Source: Mytilus edulis (Eukaryota). Taken from it: 64,000 nt of DNA. A program made the translations under genes and the position numbers. The stretch covers positions 41,416,001-41,480,000 of the forward strand of contig NC_092351.1 of the NCBI RefSeq assembly GCF_963676685.1. The letters run 5' to 3'. Below, one piece after another: positions 12,324 to 25,751 of this stretch (position 1 is its first letter; the number at the start of each line of letters is the position of its first letter). A model generated the notes under the pieces. It was not told where the DNA came from and made no database searches. It was given only the letters and a program-made list of their open reading frames with translations.

Positions 12324-13402
12324 CTGTGAAAAGATGTTCATCCATTTCTAAATATGTTATCTTTGTTTATGAATAAAAGGATATTCTAGATAAATGTGAA
12401 CGAGACAAAATGCTGACAACAATTTTTTTTTTCATTTTAATAGAAATATCTATATTGGAAAGTAAAATGTTCCCACCATAATATGAAAGCTTCAATTATA
12501 TTCTTTTCTTGCAATTCGTCTAATTTATTTCTTTCACTTTGGTTTGTTTGTCCCCTTTTTCTAAAACTACTTATTTTGTATTTAACATTCAATCTATAAT
12601 CTAACAGACAGGGCATGCTCCAAAATTTATAATTGTGTACGTCATTTATTTTTAGAATCCGATTGAAATTCTCCATTTTGCTTGCTTCTGAATCCTTTTT
12701 GTTCATAAAATATTATTTATATAACATGTTTTTTTTATAAATGTTGTCTAAACCTACAAAACAAATACCATTAGACTTATAGACAACATTTGACAGGTGC
12801 CTATAAGAATTCTTTAAATTCTAAATCAACCCAAATCCGTCTATAAAATCTGTGAACAAATTTAAAATAAAAAATAGATTAAAACAATTATGTTATCAAC
12901 TCTCCATTCTTCAAAAAAAAAAACAAATAGTGAAGATATGACATTAGATAACAACTGGTGATGTTCCAAACTAAGGGCTGGCAAAAAAATTGGTTATGCG
13001 GTTAAATAAGTTTTTTTGTAAGTCTCACTACCATCTTGTCTTAATCTCTATCAATGAACAAAAAATATAGTACAGTACTTACTTCTAAAACACAGTATAA
13101 AAATAAATAACAAAAACATAAAATAATTAGATAATAAAAACAAAAAGAAAATCAATATCTTACTGATTTTAAAAATGCATTATGTAATTGTTTCCATCCT
13201 CGTCTTTTGGTCTCTGGTTGATATGTGTCTCATTGGCATCATACCACATCTCCTAACCTGAAGATCGTTGTTTCCAAAAAGGCTCAATCTACTCGACCTG
13301 TTGGTTTATAATGGTTTATAGTAACTATCTATACAGTGATAGGTAAATTTTATGTGCCACTGTGGGACATAGGTTTTGACAATAAAAAACAAACGAACAT
13401 AC

Positions 13403-13551
13403 CGTGTGCTCGGTATGCTTTTCCTGGAACCAAGTTAAGTTGTTGTTTCTGAGTATTCTCTGAGATGTGTTCTAAAGTTGCTTGCTTTTCTTCATCTTGA
13501 AATTGTGATTGCACGAAGGGATGTTCATACTTAGCAGTTTTTGTAAGAAGA
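13403..13551 (-). CDS. SAV1: SAV1-like exon 3 (end of WW2, LVP motif)
   Basis: tttcag acceptor (phase 2), CAC G|gtatgt donor. Encodes NLLTKTAKYEHPF...NLVPGKAYRAH. Confidence 0.85.
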
Positions 13552-14171
13552 CTGAAATGTAACATATTATAAAATCGTTAAAACATATGCATATGTGTAC
13601 AATTAAAAAAGGACCAAACAGAACTCACAGTTCGATACAAGGGAGACGACACTGTGACCAAAATAAGTAGGTGGATAAATATTATATCTATTAAATATGG
13701 GTCGATATAAAGCTCCTGTTCACGATTGTATATCTTTTATTAATCCGTTTGTTGTACAGTATTTAACAGTTCGCAAAGTGTTGGTGGTTGTACATGATAA
13801 CTTGCCTGTCAAGGTCGACAATTCTAATTTTTTCAGACTAGTTTAATGTTTTAATATCATATCCAGTAACTGGAATTTCTATAACTCATTTTTAGGTTGA
13901 GCGTGACAAGTGTTAGACAGTAGTCTGTCTTTTATATACCATGGTTTTGTTTCTGTTTCTTCAATCAAATTTCGATTTTTAAATGCCTAATTAAGTTTCT
14001 TTGTAATTTCTTCTGAGCTGTTTCAGTTTTTAACTACAAACGGAAAATTGGTTTGTTTTTTGTTATGCGCTTACACATCCAAAGTGTAATATGTGCATAC
14101 AATCATATTTACTGACAAATATGAATAAATTTCAGTGTTTGACACAATTACTATAATCATAAATTACAAAC

Positions 14172-14379
14172 TTGACATAATAAACGCCATGTTTTTGAGA
14201 CTCTATTCTATCCCAGTTAGTTGGCAGACTATCTTTTATAAGAGGATGACTCCAGTGTGTTGATTTCTTATTGTGGTCAATGTAGTATTTTCTACCACGA
14301 AATGTCCAATTATAACTCCAACCCCTCGGTAAAGATATTTCTACAGTTTCGTGTGTTAACTCGTCGTCTCTTTTGAATG
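14172..14379 (-). CDS. SAV1: SAV1-like exon 2 (WW1 and most of WW2); not in the ORF track
   Basis: ttttgcag acceptor, gtttgt donor. [54 protein letters not shown] closely matches the Salvador tandem WW ([27 protein letters not shown]). Confidence 0.92.
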
Positions 14380-15272
14380 CTGCAAAATGTACAACTTAGT
14401 TGTTAATAAAAAAAATATTTACTTGACAACAATTTTTAGCATAACAAAATTCTATTTTAAGTTGTTTACATTCAGTAATGATAGTTGTTCTTTACAAGAA
14501 TTTTTAACAATTTACATAAAGCTCCCAACAATATAATTTCAAGAATAAGAAGACCGAAAGACTCAGAAATTAATAACTATGGATCATCGAACGCCTTCAA
14601 TAATTAGTACAGCCCTGGTCATATGATAGAAAATGTTTTCTGGCATACATTCCACATTTCTGAATTTATCATAAACATGCATACGATGACCTATGAACAT
14701 GCCGTACGATGACTTATAGTTAATTTATATGTCATTTGGTTTCTTGTGGAGAGTTGTCGCATTGGCAATCATACCACATTTGTTTTTTATATACAGAAAC
14801 CAAACTTCAATCTGAATGTCAACCAGTATAAAGATATTAAAACAACATTTATGTTGGACATGTTGAGTGGGCTGAATGTTTATTACTAAAATACTTCGGT
14901 GGCTTATGAAATTTGTTTTATTCTTGTTTAGTCTGTTTTAACACAGGAAATGTAGGCTTGATCGATGTTAAGGGGTGCAACTCAAAAGGGGGAGTTTATG
15001 TTTTTGTCGGAGTTGGAATATTTGTTTTAGATCCTATCAATCAAATTTATTTTTAGCATTCAACAGATTACATGGGATTCTGATAACACTGAAAAATGAA
15101 TGTTCACCATGATACAATAAGACTGAAAGAAAACAAGATTTTTAGACATACAAATGCCATAAAAATTAATAGAAACTCTTCAAATATACCAACTGTCTGA
15201 TATTTGGTAGGTCAGACGCGTAATGTATGGGTACAAATATGTAGTTAATGATCAATCATCTTTTTAGTTTAC

Positions 15273-15978
15273 CTGAGGCGTCTGGATTTCCACGACAAAT
15301 AATGTTCTCTTCATTTGTCAAATGTTGTTTATCTCTACATTTTTCAGAATTTCGTTCCTGTTCTAATCGTTGATGGTTACATATAGTTTGAGCATTGATT
15401 TTACCTGCATCACACAACTGTTGTATTGCTTCCCATTGACTTTGTATTTTAGGATTCTCTTCTAATTTTTGTTCACTTTCCTGTTGTTCAGACATTTGAT
15501 CCATCTCTGATAAAGGATAAATTGTTTTACCTTTTACTGAACTTTGTTCTACATCTGGTGATTTACTTTGTACAGGAGTAAAATGTTCTAACTCGGACAA
15601 AACCTTAATTGCTCTGCTTTGTTCTTGCATGGCTTCTCTCATTCGTTTGAGTCCATCCTGCAGAAGAAATGCAACTTTTTGCAATTCCGTTTCTGACTTT
15701 TTGAGATTCGTTCTGTTTGCTGAATTTTCCGAATCTACTCCAGCCATTAAAATGTCAACTGGTTTTTGGATTAAATGATCAATAGTCGCCATTACCATTT
15801 TGAAAGCATCCGTCAGAGCGTTGATTGCTGTCCTTAATTTACCATTTCGTAATTTTAAATTGAATGTATCACCTGAACTAGAACTTCCATATGTACTCGA
15901 ATTATACGGAGATTTATTTCTGGTCTTGAAGAAAAATAAATCCTCTGAACTAGTATTACATAAACTTCCACTATCCAT
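15273..15978 (-). CDS. SAV1: SAV1-like exon 1 (Ser-rich start, predicted coiled-coil region)
   Basis: 240-aa ORF with an in-frame TAA upstream; TCA G|gtaaac donor in phase with exon 2. The four exons total 706+208+149+65=1128 nt, i.e. 375 aa. Confidence 0.8.
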
Positions 15979-17844
15979 ATCGTTACCGGGGAGTTAAATG
16001 CAACGGGAAACAACTGTTTAGGTGCAAAATGTATCATAAACCTACAAAACGACAAATTAGTAGTTTCGTTGTCACAAATTTCACCTTGATCCTATTTTTA
16101 GCCACTAGTATTGTGTAGTATCTAAATTTAAACGAACAACAATACAATCCTTTAAATTCTTTACATTCCAAAACATATATAAATAGAGAAAGTATGTTAT
16201 GATAAATTATCCTACCTGTAAGCAATGTAAAAGAAAACAAAAGCTATATTGATTGCAATGATTGCTTAGTTTAAAGACAATAACAACATACTAAAATCTA
16301 TTTTTAATTAATTTTTGATAATGAAACAAAAAGCAAACTAGCAATTAATAACGTATGAACGTATGTGTGGAGAACCGGAGATGACCCTCACAAGGGTGAC
16401 AGCGGGAATAAGTTTTTTTTTAATCATATTACATCGTTATTATATATTAGGGTATGGATGGGGTTTACATAACACAGAATAATGGCCAAACAAATTAACA
16501 TTGATTAATAAAGAGAGAAAATGAGAAAAAAGTAAAGATATTATAATGTGGTCCAATAGTATAAAACAAATAACTGTGAGAAAAATAATTATGTATTATA
16601 ACACTAATTATAGAAATGAATGCAAATCAATTCAATTCAATAAAAAATATCAATTATAAATAATACAACATACATGAACGATGTACATAAAAAGAAATTC
16701 ATGTAAACAGTTATAAAGTTAAAAGTAAATTTACATTGTATGTTTGTGAATATTCTACAGAATAAGCGTTATTTTTAAAGATTATGCGAGTAATGACCCA
16801 AAAAATCAATAGATTGAGATTAAAATATTTCATTTGAAATCAGACTTTCTTAAATCATATGGCAGAGTGTACTCATAGAACTTTGTCTGTTATTTTTTAT
16901 GAAAGTTGGAAAAGGAAAAATTCGTAAAAAGTAAGTGAAAATATGTCTTTCGATATAAAAGACCAGTTAGATAACACCAATCTTGTTTGTGTAACACATG
17001 TAACAGTAAGCAATTTTAACGGCCATATTTTTGAAATAATACAAGAACAATTTTGTAAATTCATTTTTAATCATTCCAAACATCCTACAATTATGTCATT
17101 TATACGTTTAGATTGTATGATGCTCATTCAAACAAACAGGTTAGCAACAGTAATTTGAATTAGAGGTCGTTTACTAAGTCATCACTAAAACACTACTAAA
17201 ACTAGTATCTCAATTCTTTGTAAAACAATTGAAAGGTCTTTCCTGTAAAAGCGATGTTTTCGTAATGTACTTGTTACGACCTTTCGTTTGATATACGACA
17301 AGCATCCCTTCTGAAATTTTTCGCTTTTTACACTTAATGACTTCATTCGCCTACATTTTTGAGATCGGAAGTATGATATATGTAACACAGGGTACATGAG
17401 CTTTCATTTGATATGCGACAACGCCATGTTCTAAAAAGTTTGATTTTTGCACTTAATAACCCCATCCAACCAATTTTTGGAGGTTGGGAATTTGATATTT
17501 CAAATGTACACATCATGACCTTTCATTTGATATACAATAACCCTATCGTAAAAGAAAATTTATTTTTTGCACTCAATGACCCCATCCAACCAATTTTTGG
17601 GGGACGTCAATTTGAAATTTGAAATGTACGCTTTATGTTCTTTCATTTGATATGCGACAACCTTACCATCTGAGAAATTTGAATTTTTGCACTAAATGAC
17701 CCCACCCTTCCACATGGGATGAAAAAGAGGTTTAAGATTTTCATTTTTAAGTAGAGTTTATTAATATTTTCAATTTGATATATCAGATGACCCCATTTGA
17801 CAAAGTGCCAAAAATGATGCAATATCAACGATATAAATAGAAGT

Positions 17845-18780
17845 TAGGCAACAACCATTTTCTTATCTGGGGGGGGGGGCTGGGATTTTTTTGAAAAAAA
17901 TATTTTGATGGCCTAGCTGACCGAAAAAAAAATTATGTTTTGCACTGTAGCTGAAAAAAAAATTTATGCTGTCACCTGCTTGAAAAAAAATTTTGCACTG
18001 CTGAATTTGAGAATAGTGAAAATAGCAACAGTTGAGACAGTGAAACATGTACAGCAGATTATAAACATCTGCCCAGTCTACAGATTACGCTAAGATTTCT
18101 ATTTATACCTTATTACTTTTTGTATTTTCCTGTAATAGTGTTTGATCCAGAAATATTTAAAAGCATTTCAAATCTCCCGCATGTATGCTACTACATTAAG
18201 ACATACTTAAAACTGCAACTATTATAAACATGAAATGTTCATTTTATAACAGGGATAGATATGGTATCATAAGCAGTCTTTTAAAGTAGCCCTGATTGTG
18301 TATGACACAGACTTGTATACCGGTAGTATTTTCCTTTGTATCATTCTGTATCATTCTTTATACCTCTTTTTTCAATGGAATGTCAATTATCATAGTTGGA
18401 AACAGTGGATGTTTATAATTTGGAGCTACTCACTCTTTGCCATTACATATGGCAATGGTGGCCACTTCAATTGCAGTATTAAAATCCAAGGACTGTGGTA
18501 CCTGTATGACGGACTCAGAGAATAGAAAGTGGGCTAAAAAAAACCAACAGAGACAACAGCCAATGCCAGGATATAGACAGAGCCATGCACTGTACATTTT
18601 ACATCAATCAAAAAATTAAAATGAATTTTATGTAAATTTTATGGTTTTGAGAAAAAAAAAATGTATTTCTGTTCCACATTATAGGAAAAAAAATTTTGCT
18701 TTCCTTCTCATAAGAAAAAAAAAATTATCGGAGGAAGGTTCTGAAAAAAAAATTATGAACACAATAAAAATCCCAGGAAT
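17845..18780. mobile_element. Nested DNA transposon remnant (possibly Kolobok-like)
   Basis: G-run + ctgggatttt on the left and aaaatcccag on the right; periodic gaaaaaaaatt motifs at both ends. Confidence 0.4.
18405..18619 (+). pseudogene. Fragment resembling the His-box of a USP (C19)-type cysteine protease
   Basis: YSLFAITYGNGGHFNCSIKIQGLWYLYDGL followed by stops and a frameshift, then SHALYI. Confidence 0.4.
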
Positions 18781-21515
18781 GGAATGTTTTTGGTATTTGG
18801 TCAAACATATAACTATGTTAACCTCTTCAATTTCTTAAACTTTTTAAGTGGTAAGCTGTTGTTGATTCAGAAATACATGCCGCCGCTCACAAAATTTCAA
18901 ACTCCATTATCTCTTAAACGACAATAGATATCTCAAATCTGTTAAATGGTAAATGATCTACAGTTAAAGGACAACATTATAGAAAAAGAATTATGACAAT
19001 TTCAAAGTTCACCAAGGTCACAATTAATCATCAAATATATGATGCAATACCAAACTTGAGAACCGGAAGTCGTGGAGACATGGGACTACCACCATTCAAC
19101 TCAGGACCACTTGACCTTTCAAATATCACAAGGTCAAGGTCATAGTATACTATGAAGGTCAAGGTGAAATTTCATCATGACCTGACATTGACCTCAAATT
19201 GACGGTCTTGAATTACTGATCATCTTTGCAGTTTATAGTAGGTTGATATCTGTTACCTTTAAAAAGATATACACAAAATACTATACTTTTAAGAATCATC
19301 CCGTTGTAACTTTTGAACAGACAGTCGGACATTTTTGGACTTATCATATAAAATGTAGACCTCGTCGAGAGGAACATTTTATACGCTGTATGTATGCAGC
19401 AAAGTCTTATCGTTTTCCTAATATGTAAGCTTGAAATTGCAGCGTAATTTTTTTTTTTGCACTCAGTGACCTTTCACCTTGACTGCATATTAAAGGTCAC
19501 ATGAATTTAAGATTATTGGTGAAGGTCCCAAGTCTCTACGACTTCTGGTTCTCGAAATACAACTTTTCTAAAATTATGTACAATTTTTCAAGGGGAATAA
19601 CTCCTTATAAGGGTTAATAACAAAATGATTGTACATGTTCATTAACATTGCCATCTGTTCCTGTACATGTTGCCGTTTTCAAATCGATTCTATCTCTTAT
19701 ACTTTTTGAGAAAAATGCAAAGGAAAGAAATTGTTTCAAGGGGATATAACTCTCATTGGGGACGATGAAATCCTATTTAGCCTCACATGGTAATACATCA
19801 TGATGAGATCTACATTATGTCCAATTAAGGTCATCATATCTTTAAAACCAACGAGGGGGGCCATGTTGAAAAAAATCAATAAAAGGGAGACAACTCCTAA
19901 AGGGGATGATGAAATCCTAAACCGGATCATCTGGTAATACTTCATGATGAGGTCTATCAATGGTCCATATTTCGTCTTCATAGCTTCAACAGAAACAAGA
20001 GGCGGGCATGTGAAACAAATGTTGGAAGAAAAAAAAGAAAAAGAAAAAAAAAACATTAGAAAAACAATAAGGTCTTTCCTCGCGTAGAGGAAAGACCTTA
20101 ATGATGTGTTGTGTCAATAAATATCAAACTAGCAAAAGCCAACACCAGGCATCTGACTAAATAAACTTATCCATTCCAGTTTGACGTGAAACCCTGTGTG
20201 TTTAAACATCCCGAACAACCAAACGTGTCATCTCCCCTCAGCATCAGAATTAGGTCAGGGAAACAATATTTCTTTATCCTATTCAATCCTTCGGGTCAAC
20301 TTTAATGTTTCTCAAAGGCTGCAAGTTCAAATGATATGAATAAGGGAGATAGGAGGTAATGTTACGTCTACGAGAAAGCTAAGCAGCAACTATCATTCAC
20401 CCTATCTTGACATCTAAAACCCCAATAGTCTTCGACAATAGGCAAGTGCCTACACAAGCGGTATGTAAATAACTGTTCACGTTTAAATATATATTAAGTA
20501 GATACAAAAAATGTGGTATGAGCCCGAAGGTATGAGTTCCAATGAGACAACACTCCATTCAAGTCAAAATTTGGTTAAAAAAACAACATTACATATGTAC
20601 GGAGAATAAGTGCATAGATTCAACAGTGTACTTAGCTTGCATGTCAAATAAAGTCGGAGACAATGTGTAGCATAAATAAAGGTATAAAATAAAACACATG
20701 TAATTCAAAAGGCTAACCGAGTATGTGAAGAACACTTCGCTTTAATAAAAAAAAACTTTTAGGTGTAATACAACCAAATCATGGTAATACGAAAATAGTT
20801 CGGGGAAAAAAATCCTTGAATTTGACGTTTGTAGGTAATTAATCCTACATTTTATTGCAGCAAAACATTTCTGGGTCATAAACATATAACTTGGGTATTT
20901 CTAAGCACCACTATGTTTTTATTTTGGGTTTCTATAGAATATTTTGGAAACTTGAGGTTACATGGTTACTAAAGCTTGTACACAGATCAAAGAAGGGGGA
21001 AATTTGATTGCTTAATTTCCAGTGATTGTTATTTTCTTATATGCAATGAAATGTTATGTAAAAAAAATCTACAGTACTAGACAGGATACAAACTACTTTT
21101 GCCAAATATTTCTTTATTTGAAACAAGTATGGACACAGACGCAAATTGTCAGTGGGGTTAAAGGTCGTTACAAATGTATTGAAAGCTAGACTGGAAATAT
21201 GTATTAACAAATTGAGTTGATGTGTACATGTCTTCATTCAAATGCATTGACTGATAAAAAAGGGGGCTTCAACTTCCACCCCTCTCTATGAATTAGTTGT
21301 TTGAGTGTTTGAATATGGAGTTTGTTAATAAATAGCTGCACTCTAAGCGCATGATATGTCTTGATTCCGTTTTAAGCTTGCTTAAAGGTTGAACTATTTT
21401 GTTTTGTACAATTATTATTCTTTATTTGAAACAAAGAAAAAAGTGCAAATTTAACAAAGACTAAGAGGGAAAAATCTGTATTCTGAATATATGTATGTGT
21501 GTTTTAATAACACCT

Positions 21516-21787
21516 TTATTTATGTCGTCTTCTTGATGGTACACAATCGAGTATGAGAATAAGGATAATACCAGATACAATGATAAGACACCCTGTTATA
21601 CCAATACAAGCAGACGAGAATCTTTTGTCACGCGCACTTGTCATCTTTCTTTTTGCAGAGGAGAGCGTTTTCTTTTTAATGGATATTGCACTTTTGAGCT
21701 CATCAACTGACGTCCTTTCTTTTAAAATGTTATTGGTAGAAAGGCTTACATCGGAGTGTTTACAACCACAATCATGACTTGACACTT
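21516..21787 (-). CDS. Exon 3 (juxtamembrane+TM) of FAMeT-TM paralogue C
   Basis: cttttcag acceptor, phase 1. Encodes ..IKKKTLSSAKRKMTSARDKRFSSACIGITGCLIIVSGIILILILDCVPSRRRHK*. Confidence 0.85.
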
Positions 21788-21985
21788 CTGAAAAGATATT
21801 TTGTTATTAAAGTGCATGCCTTAAAATATTCTCAATGCTTACCAAAAAAATGCATTAAATGTAGCTATAAATTTCTATAAAGCAACTACTTAGATACCAT
21901 CTCCTATATAAGATTTGTTATATTCTACAGTTGAAAACACTATAGTTTATCAATAAACCTTCCATACTTCTGTGTTATGGATAAA

Positions 21986-23451
21986 CATTGGACACTTTTA
22001 ATTTGCAAAACACTTATTTGCAAATCCTACGCCGCCTATGTCTAGAACTATAGTGTCGTGTATATAATCAAAATTTGCGGAATTACATGGGATTCAATAA
22101 TTTTATTGCTTTTCTGCTTTTGTTATTATGTTTATTTTGTAATTTAATTTAGGTAAACATGGGATTTTTAATATCCCCTGGGACAGGGCAATATCCCCTT
22201 TGACAGGGCAATATCCCATGGGATTGATCATTATCCCATAGGATTTTTTAGGGTCCCATGAGATAATTGTAGTCCCATAGGATATTTGTTATAAAGAAGA
22301 ATACTTTTAATTGATTGTTATATAATGTTAGAATAGAGAGATGTGGTATATTGCTAAGTTTACAATTCTCCATCAGAGACCAAAGGATGTAGAGGGTTAG
22401 TAACTGATGACACTAGACAACCATCAATAATCTGTAAAATCCATACCGCATGTTTATATATATATAGCTATTTTTATTGAAAATCATATGTTATTGCTTC
22501 ATGTATGCAAACATTTTTTTTATAATCCATAACGAATTTTATTGGATATATTGAAATTCATCAATTATAATAAAGGGAGAAAACACAGAAACAAGACCAG
22601 AATAAATTGAAAGACAAAAGTCAGATAAGTTATTATTTTCATCACTCAGTCAATGAATTGAAGTTCTATTAAATAACAAAAGATATTGAAACTACAATAA
22701 TGACAATGTTCTTTGCTGAATGGCCAAAAAGTGGACTACAAATTACGATCACACAATGCTGGGTGATAAGAAACTACTATTTTGTCGGGTGGAGAAATAT
22801 CCTGGAAAAAAATAGATTTATGTAAAAAAGCTACTAGTATGTTAAGCCTAAAAATAGTGTTCAATGATTTTAAAAGGGAAATAATTGTGTTTCAAAAAAG
22901 TATTCTAGAATTCAAAAATAAACATATATTGATATTTTCATTATCTGCTTTGTTGTTTAAAAGTTTAGTTTTGAACTGGTATATAGAACAATATATTGCA
23001 TTAAGGAAAAAAAGATATTCAACTAAAAAGATTTATCTTATAACAATTTACTACCAAACAGGATTCATAGAAACATACACATTACTGTATATTTATAATT
23101 TGAATCCCATCGGATTTTATTTTGTCAATTGGGATATTGAAAATCCCATGGGATGATTATAGTCCAACAGAAATTTGTTTGTTCCATGGGACAACAAATA
23201 TCCCATGGGATTACAATTATCCCATGTGACTCAAACAAATCCCATGGGATTTTGCCCTGTTCCATGGGGTATTGAAAAGTTTTTCTAAATCAAATTGCAA
23301 AATATATATACTAATAATAGCAGAAAGGCAAAGAAATTATTGAATCACATGTAATTCTGCACGTTTTGGTTATATACACGACACTGTAGCTCTAAGGAGA
23401 GGCGGTGGCGGATTTGCAAATGAATGTTTTGAAAATTAAAAGTGTCCGGTG
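21986..23451. mobile_element. Non-autonomous DNA transposon with ~300-bp imperfect TIRs
   Basis: Left cattggacacttttaattt..gcaaatcc..gtgtcgtgtatataa is the inverse of right ttatatacacgacac..ggatttgc..aattaaaagtgtccggtg; clusters of cccatggga palindromes at 22160-22285 and 23105-23270. Confidence 0.8.
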
Positions 23452-23858
23452 ATGATAAATATAATAATCACATTGCTTGTATCGACGGTACGGTCTGTCT
23501 TTAATTTTGCTGTAAGATTTAAGCTGTTCACTTCGTCGTTAAAGACATTCTATGAAGAAAGCCAGTTATAAACGTCGTTGTTGGTTTTTCGTGAAAGATT
23601 TATCTCCTATACATCCAACCATGCTTTCCTTTTCAATACTTGTACACGATGATGGTCACATATTCTTAGCTCTTGGTGCATTTGATGTATCAATCGGTTT
23701 TGAGTGGTGTTTGCATCGGTCATTCTTGGATTGTTTTATAATTAGTAGAGTTGTGCTTGTCGTCTTTCTTCTAGGGGTAGGGGTTATGTGTTGCTGTCTG
23801 TTTTTCTTCGACTTGTGGTTTTTTAATTTCATTTTGCCGACCGTGCGAGACTCTCATG

Positions 23859-24378
23859 GGTAGGGCTTTCATGTCGATCCGGCCCCACGTCGATCCGGCC
23901 CATTTTTAAAGTCGATCCGGCCCCAATAAAAATATATTTATAAGGAATAAAAATAAAGATATATATTAATTGTAATTCATAAATGTTAACGAATTTTATT
24001 ATAATGTAAAATGTGTATTGCGGTACGGTAAAAAAAAGGCCTATGACAAATATTGTCTTTACATGAGTATAAAACAACTAGGTTGATTATGTTTCCATTA
24101 CAAGTTTTCAAGATTATTAAGTATAATTATATCAAAATCGTATATAACAGAATTTAGGACAATCAACAGACATCAACATTAATCAGCAGTAATTAGCATC
24201 TTTTTTTCAACTGACTGTGATCTTTACAAGTTTCTATATAGTTTATTCCTTGTCATTTATTATGGGGCCGAATCGACGTGGGAACGGATCGACGCGGGCC
24301 TGATCGACTCGGGCCTGATCAACTTTGGGCCAGATTGACTTGGGGTCGGATCGGTTTGGGCCGGAACGACCGGTTACC
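23859..24378. mobile_element. MITE with ~15-bp subterminal repeats
   Basis: gtcgatccggccc x3 on the left, inverse gggcc.gatcgac x7 on the right; ends ggta..tacc flanked by atg on both sides. Confidence 0.7.
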
Positions 24379-24804
24379 ATGTTAACTAGTTAGGGTAGTT
24401 AAACAACTCCTAGTAGTGGTATTGTCCCGTTGTTTTTTAGAGTCTCCTTGGTGTCTTATGTCTCTTTTTATATAACAATTAGTTCATAAAATTTGTACAG
24501 TTTAACTTTATACATGTATACTAGAAGATGCCCGCGAAATAAGAAAGCATGCGTAAGAGCGTTTAAGACACGGATCGATAACGGTCTCCGAATTTGGATA
24601 TGTTCTAAAAAAATTGGCGTTTTCTGTGGAAAACAAATGGTTTCAAAAAGGAATTTAGGTAGTACAAAACACTACATTTATACGTCATATCACAATATTT
24701 CCGACCTATGGTCTCATTGGAGATTGCGGCTCGATTAAATGGGTTTTTCCTTTATTAGTATAGATATACAGTTATCAGCTGTGTTATGAATAGACAAATC
24801 TTAC

Positions 24805-25293
24805 CAGTATTATTTAAAACAAGCCATTCTCCTGTAGATCCATATCCTGTCATAACTCCAATAGACTTGATAGAGAACGAATTCGGGTCATGCCAGGATA
24901 AAACTTCGTTTTGACACCTATCTACTCCTTTTCCAATGCTGATCGATCCATTTATCCACGAAATCCAAAATGCTTTATATTCATAGCAGTCCAAAACTCC
25001 AGAACGCATTAGTTTATACGATTCCACTTGTTGGTGGAATCTACGGATACGAAGTTTGAAATTTTGATTGGATCCAAAAGCAATCTCGTAATAGTTTTCT
25101 TTTGACGACATTTGCTTTGAGCGACATAATGAAACAAAAGCATTGTTGCATGCTTTTATCAGAAAAGTAACTGAGTTATCTATCTTGAAGCCGTACCTTG
25201 ACAACGAAGTGTGGTAGTCCAATATGTTATCCGGGTATTTGTATGCATCTTTGTTTCCAGTGTTATTGGTGTGAATAAGAATAACACAATTTC
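24805..25293 (-). CDS. Exon 2 (FAMeT-like domain) of paralogue C
   Basis: ttttacag acceptor, ACT G|gtaaga donor, 489 nt. Motifs FLIKACNNAFVSL, YYEIAFG, EYKAFWISWINGSISIG, WHDPNSFSIKSIGVMTGYGSTGEW. Confidence 0.9.
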
Positions 25294-25751
25294 CTGTAAA
25301 AAATTGATCTTGTTACCTGACAATTTTACCATGAACACGTAGTTTTACCTGCGTATTGTTTTTATGCAAATAATCGTTCAAGATCAAATTAAAACTCTTG
25401 CAATATAGTCATACCTCCACATGAATCTCTGGATTGTCTTCAAATGATATCAAATTTAGATATAACATTAACCAGTACCAATTTTACTGTAAATTTGTAC
25501 ATTTGTACATTTGTACATTTTTACCAGATGCAATATGGTTTCAGTGATGTCGGAAGCTTTAAATCCTAAACATAATACACTGAAAAGCTGACCAAACCAA
25601 ACATTACAAGTTGGAGAAAGAGCTGTCCCATTGGTAATAATGCAACATCTATTAAAGTTAAAGTATGTTAACTGATGAAGAATGGTTTTTGTAAAAGATT
25701 ATATAACTGGAGAATTTCAGTAAAGGTGTCAAACTTTCGTAAAAAAATCGT

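Larger units (their letters stand above)
17200..20101 (+). mobile_element. Helentron/HINE-like element, apparently interrupted by an insertion
   Basis: aaggtctttcc near 17232; terminal hairpin aaggtctttcctc-gcgta-gaggaaagacctt at about 20069-20099; internal ~120-bp repeats (ttcatttgatat..gacccca) at 17400-17800. Confidence 0.5.

Noticed and set aside
13258-13297. AG..GT-bounded candidate exon in SAV1-like intron 3
   Set aside because: It gives an immediate stop and has no Salvador similarity; 12254-12323 fits the homology.
24265-24370. Short regularly spaced repeats as a CRISPR array
   Set aside because: Head-to-tail 15-bp units without unique spacers, in a eukaryotic context with no cas genes.
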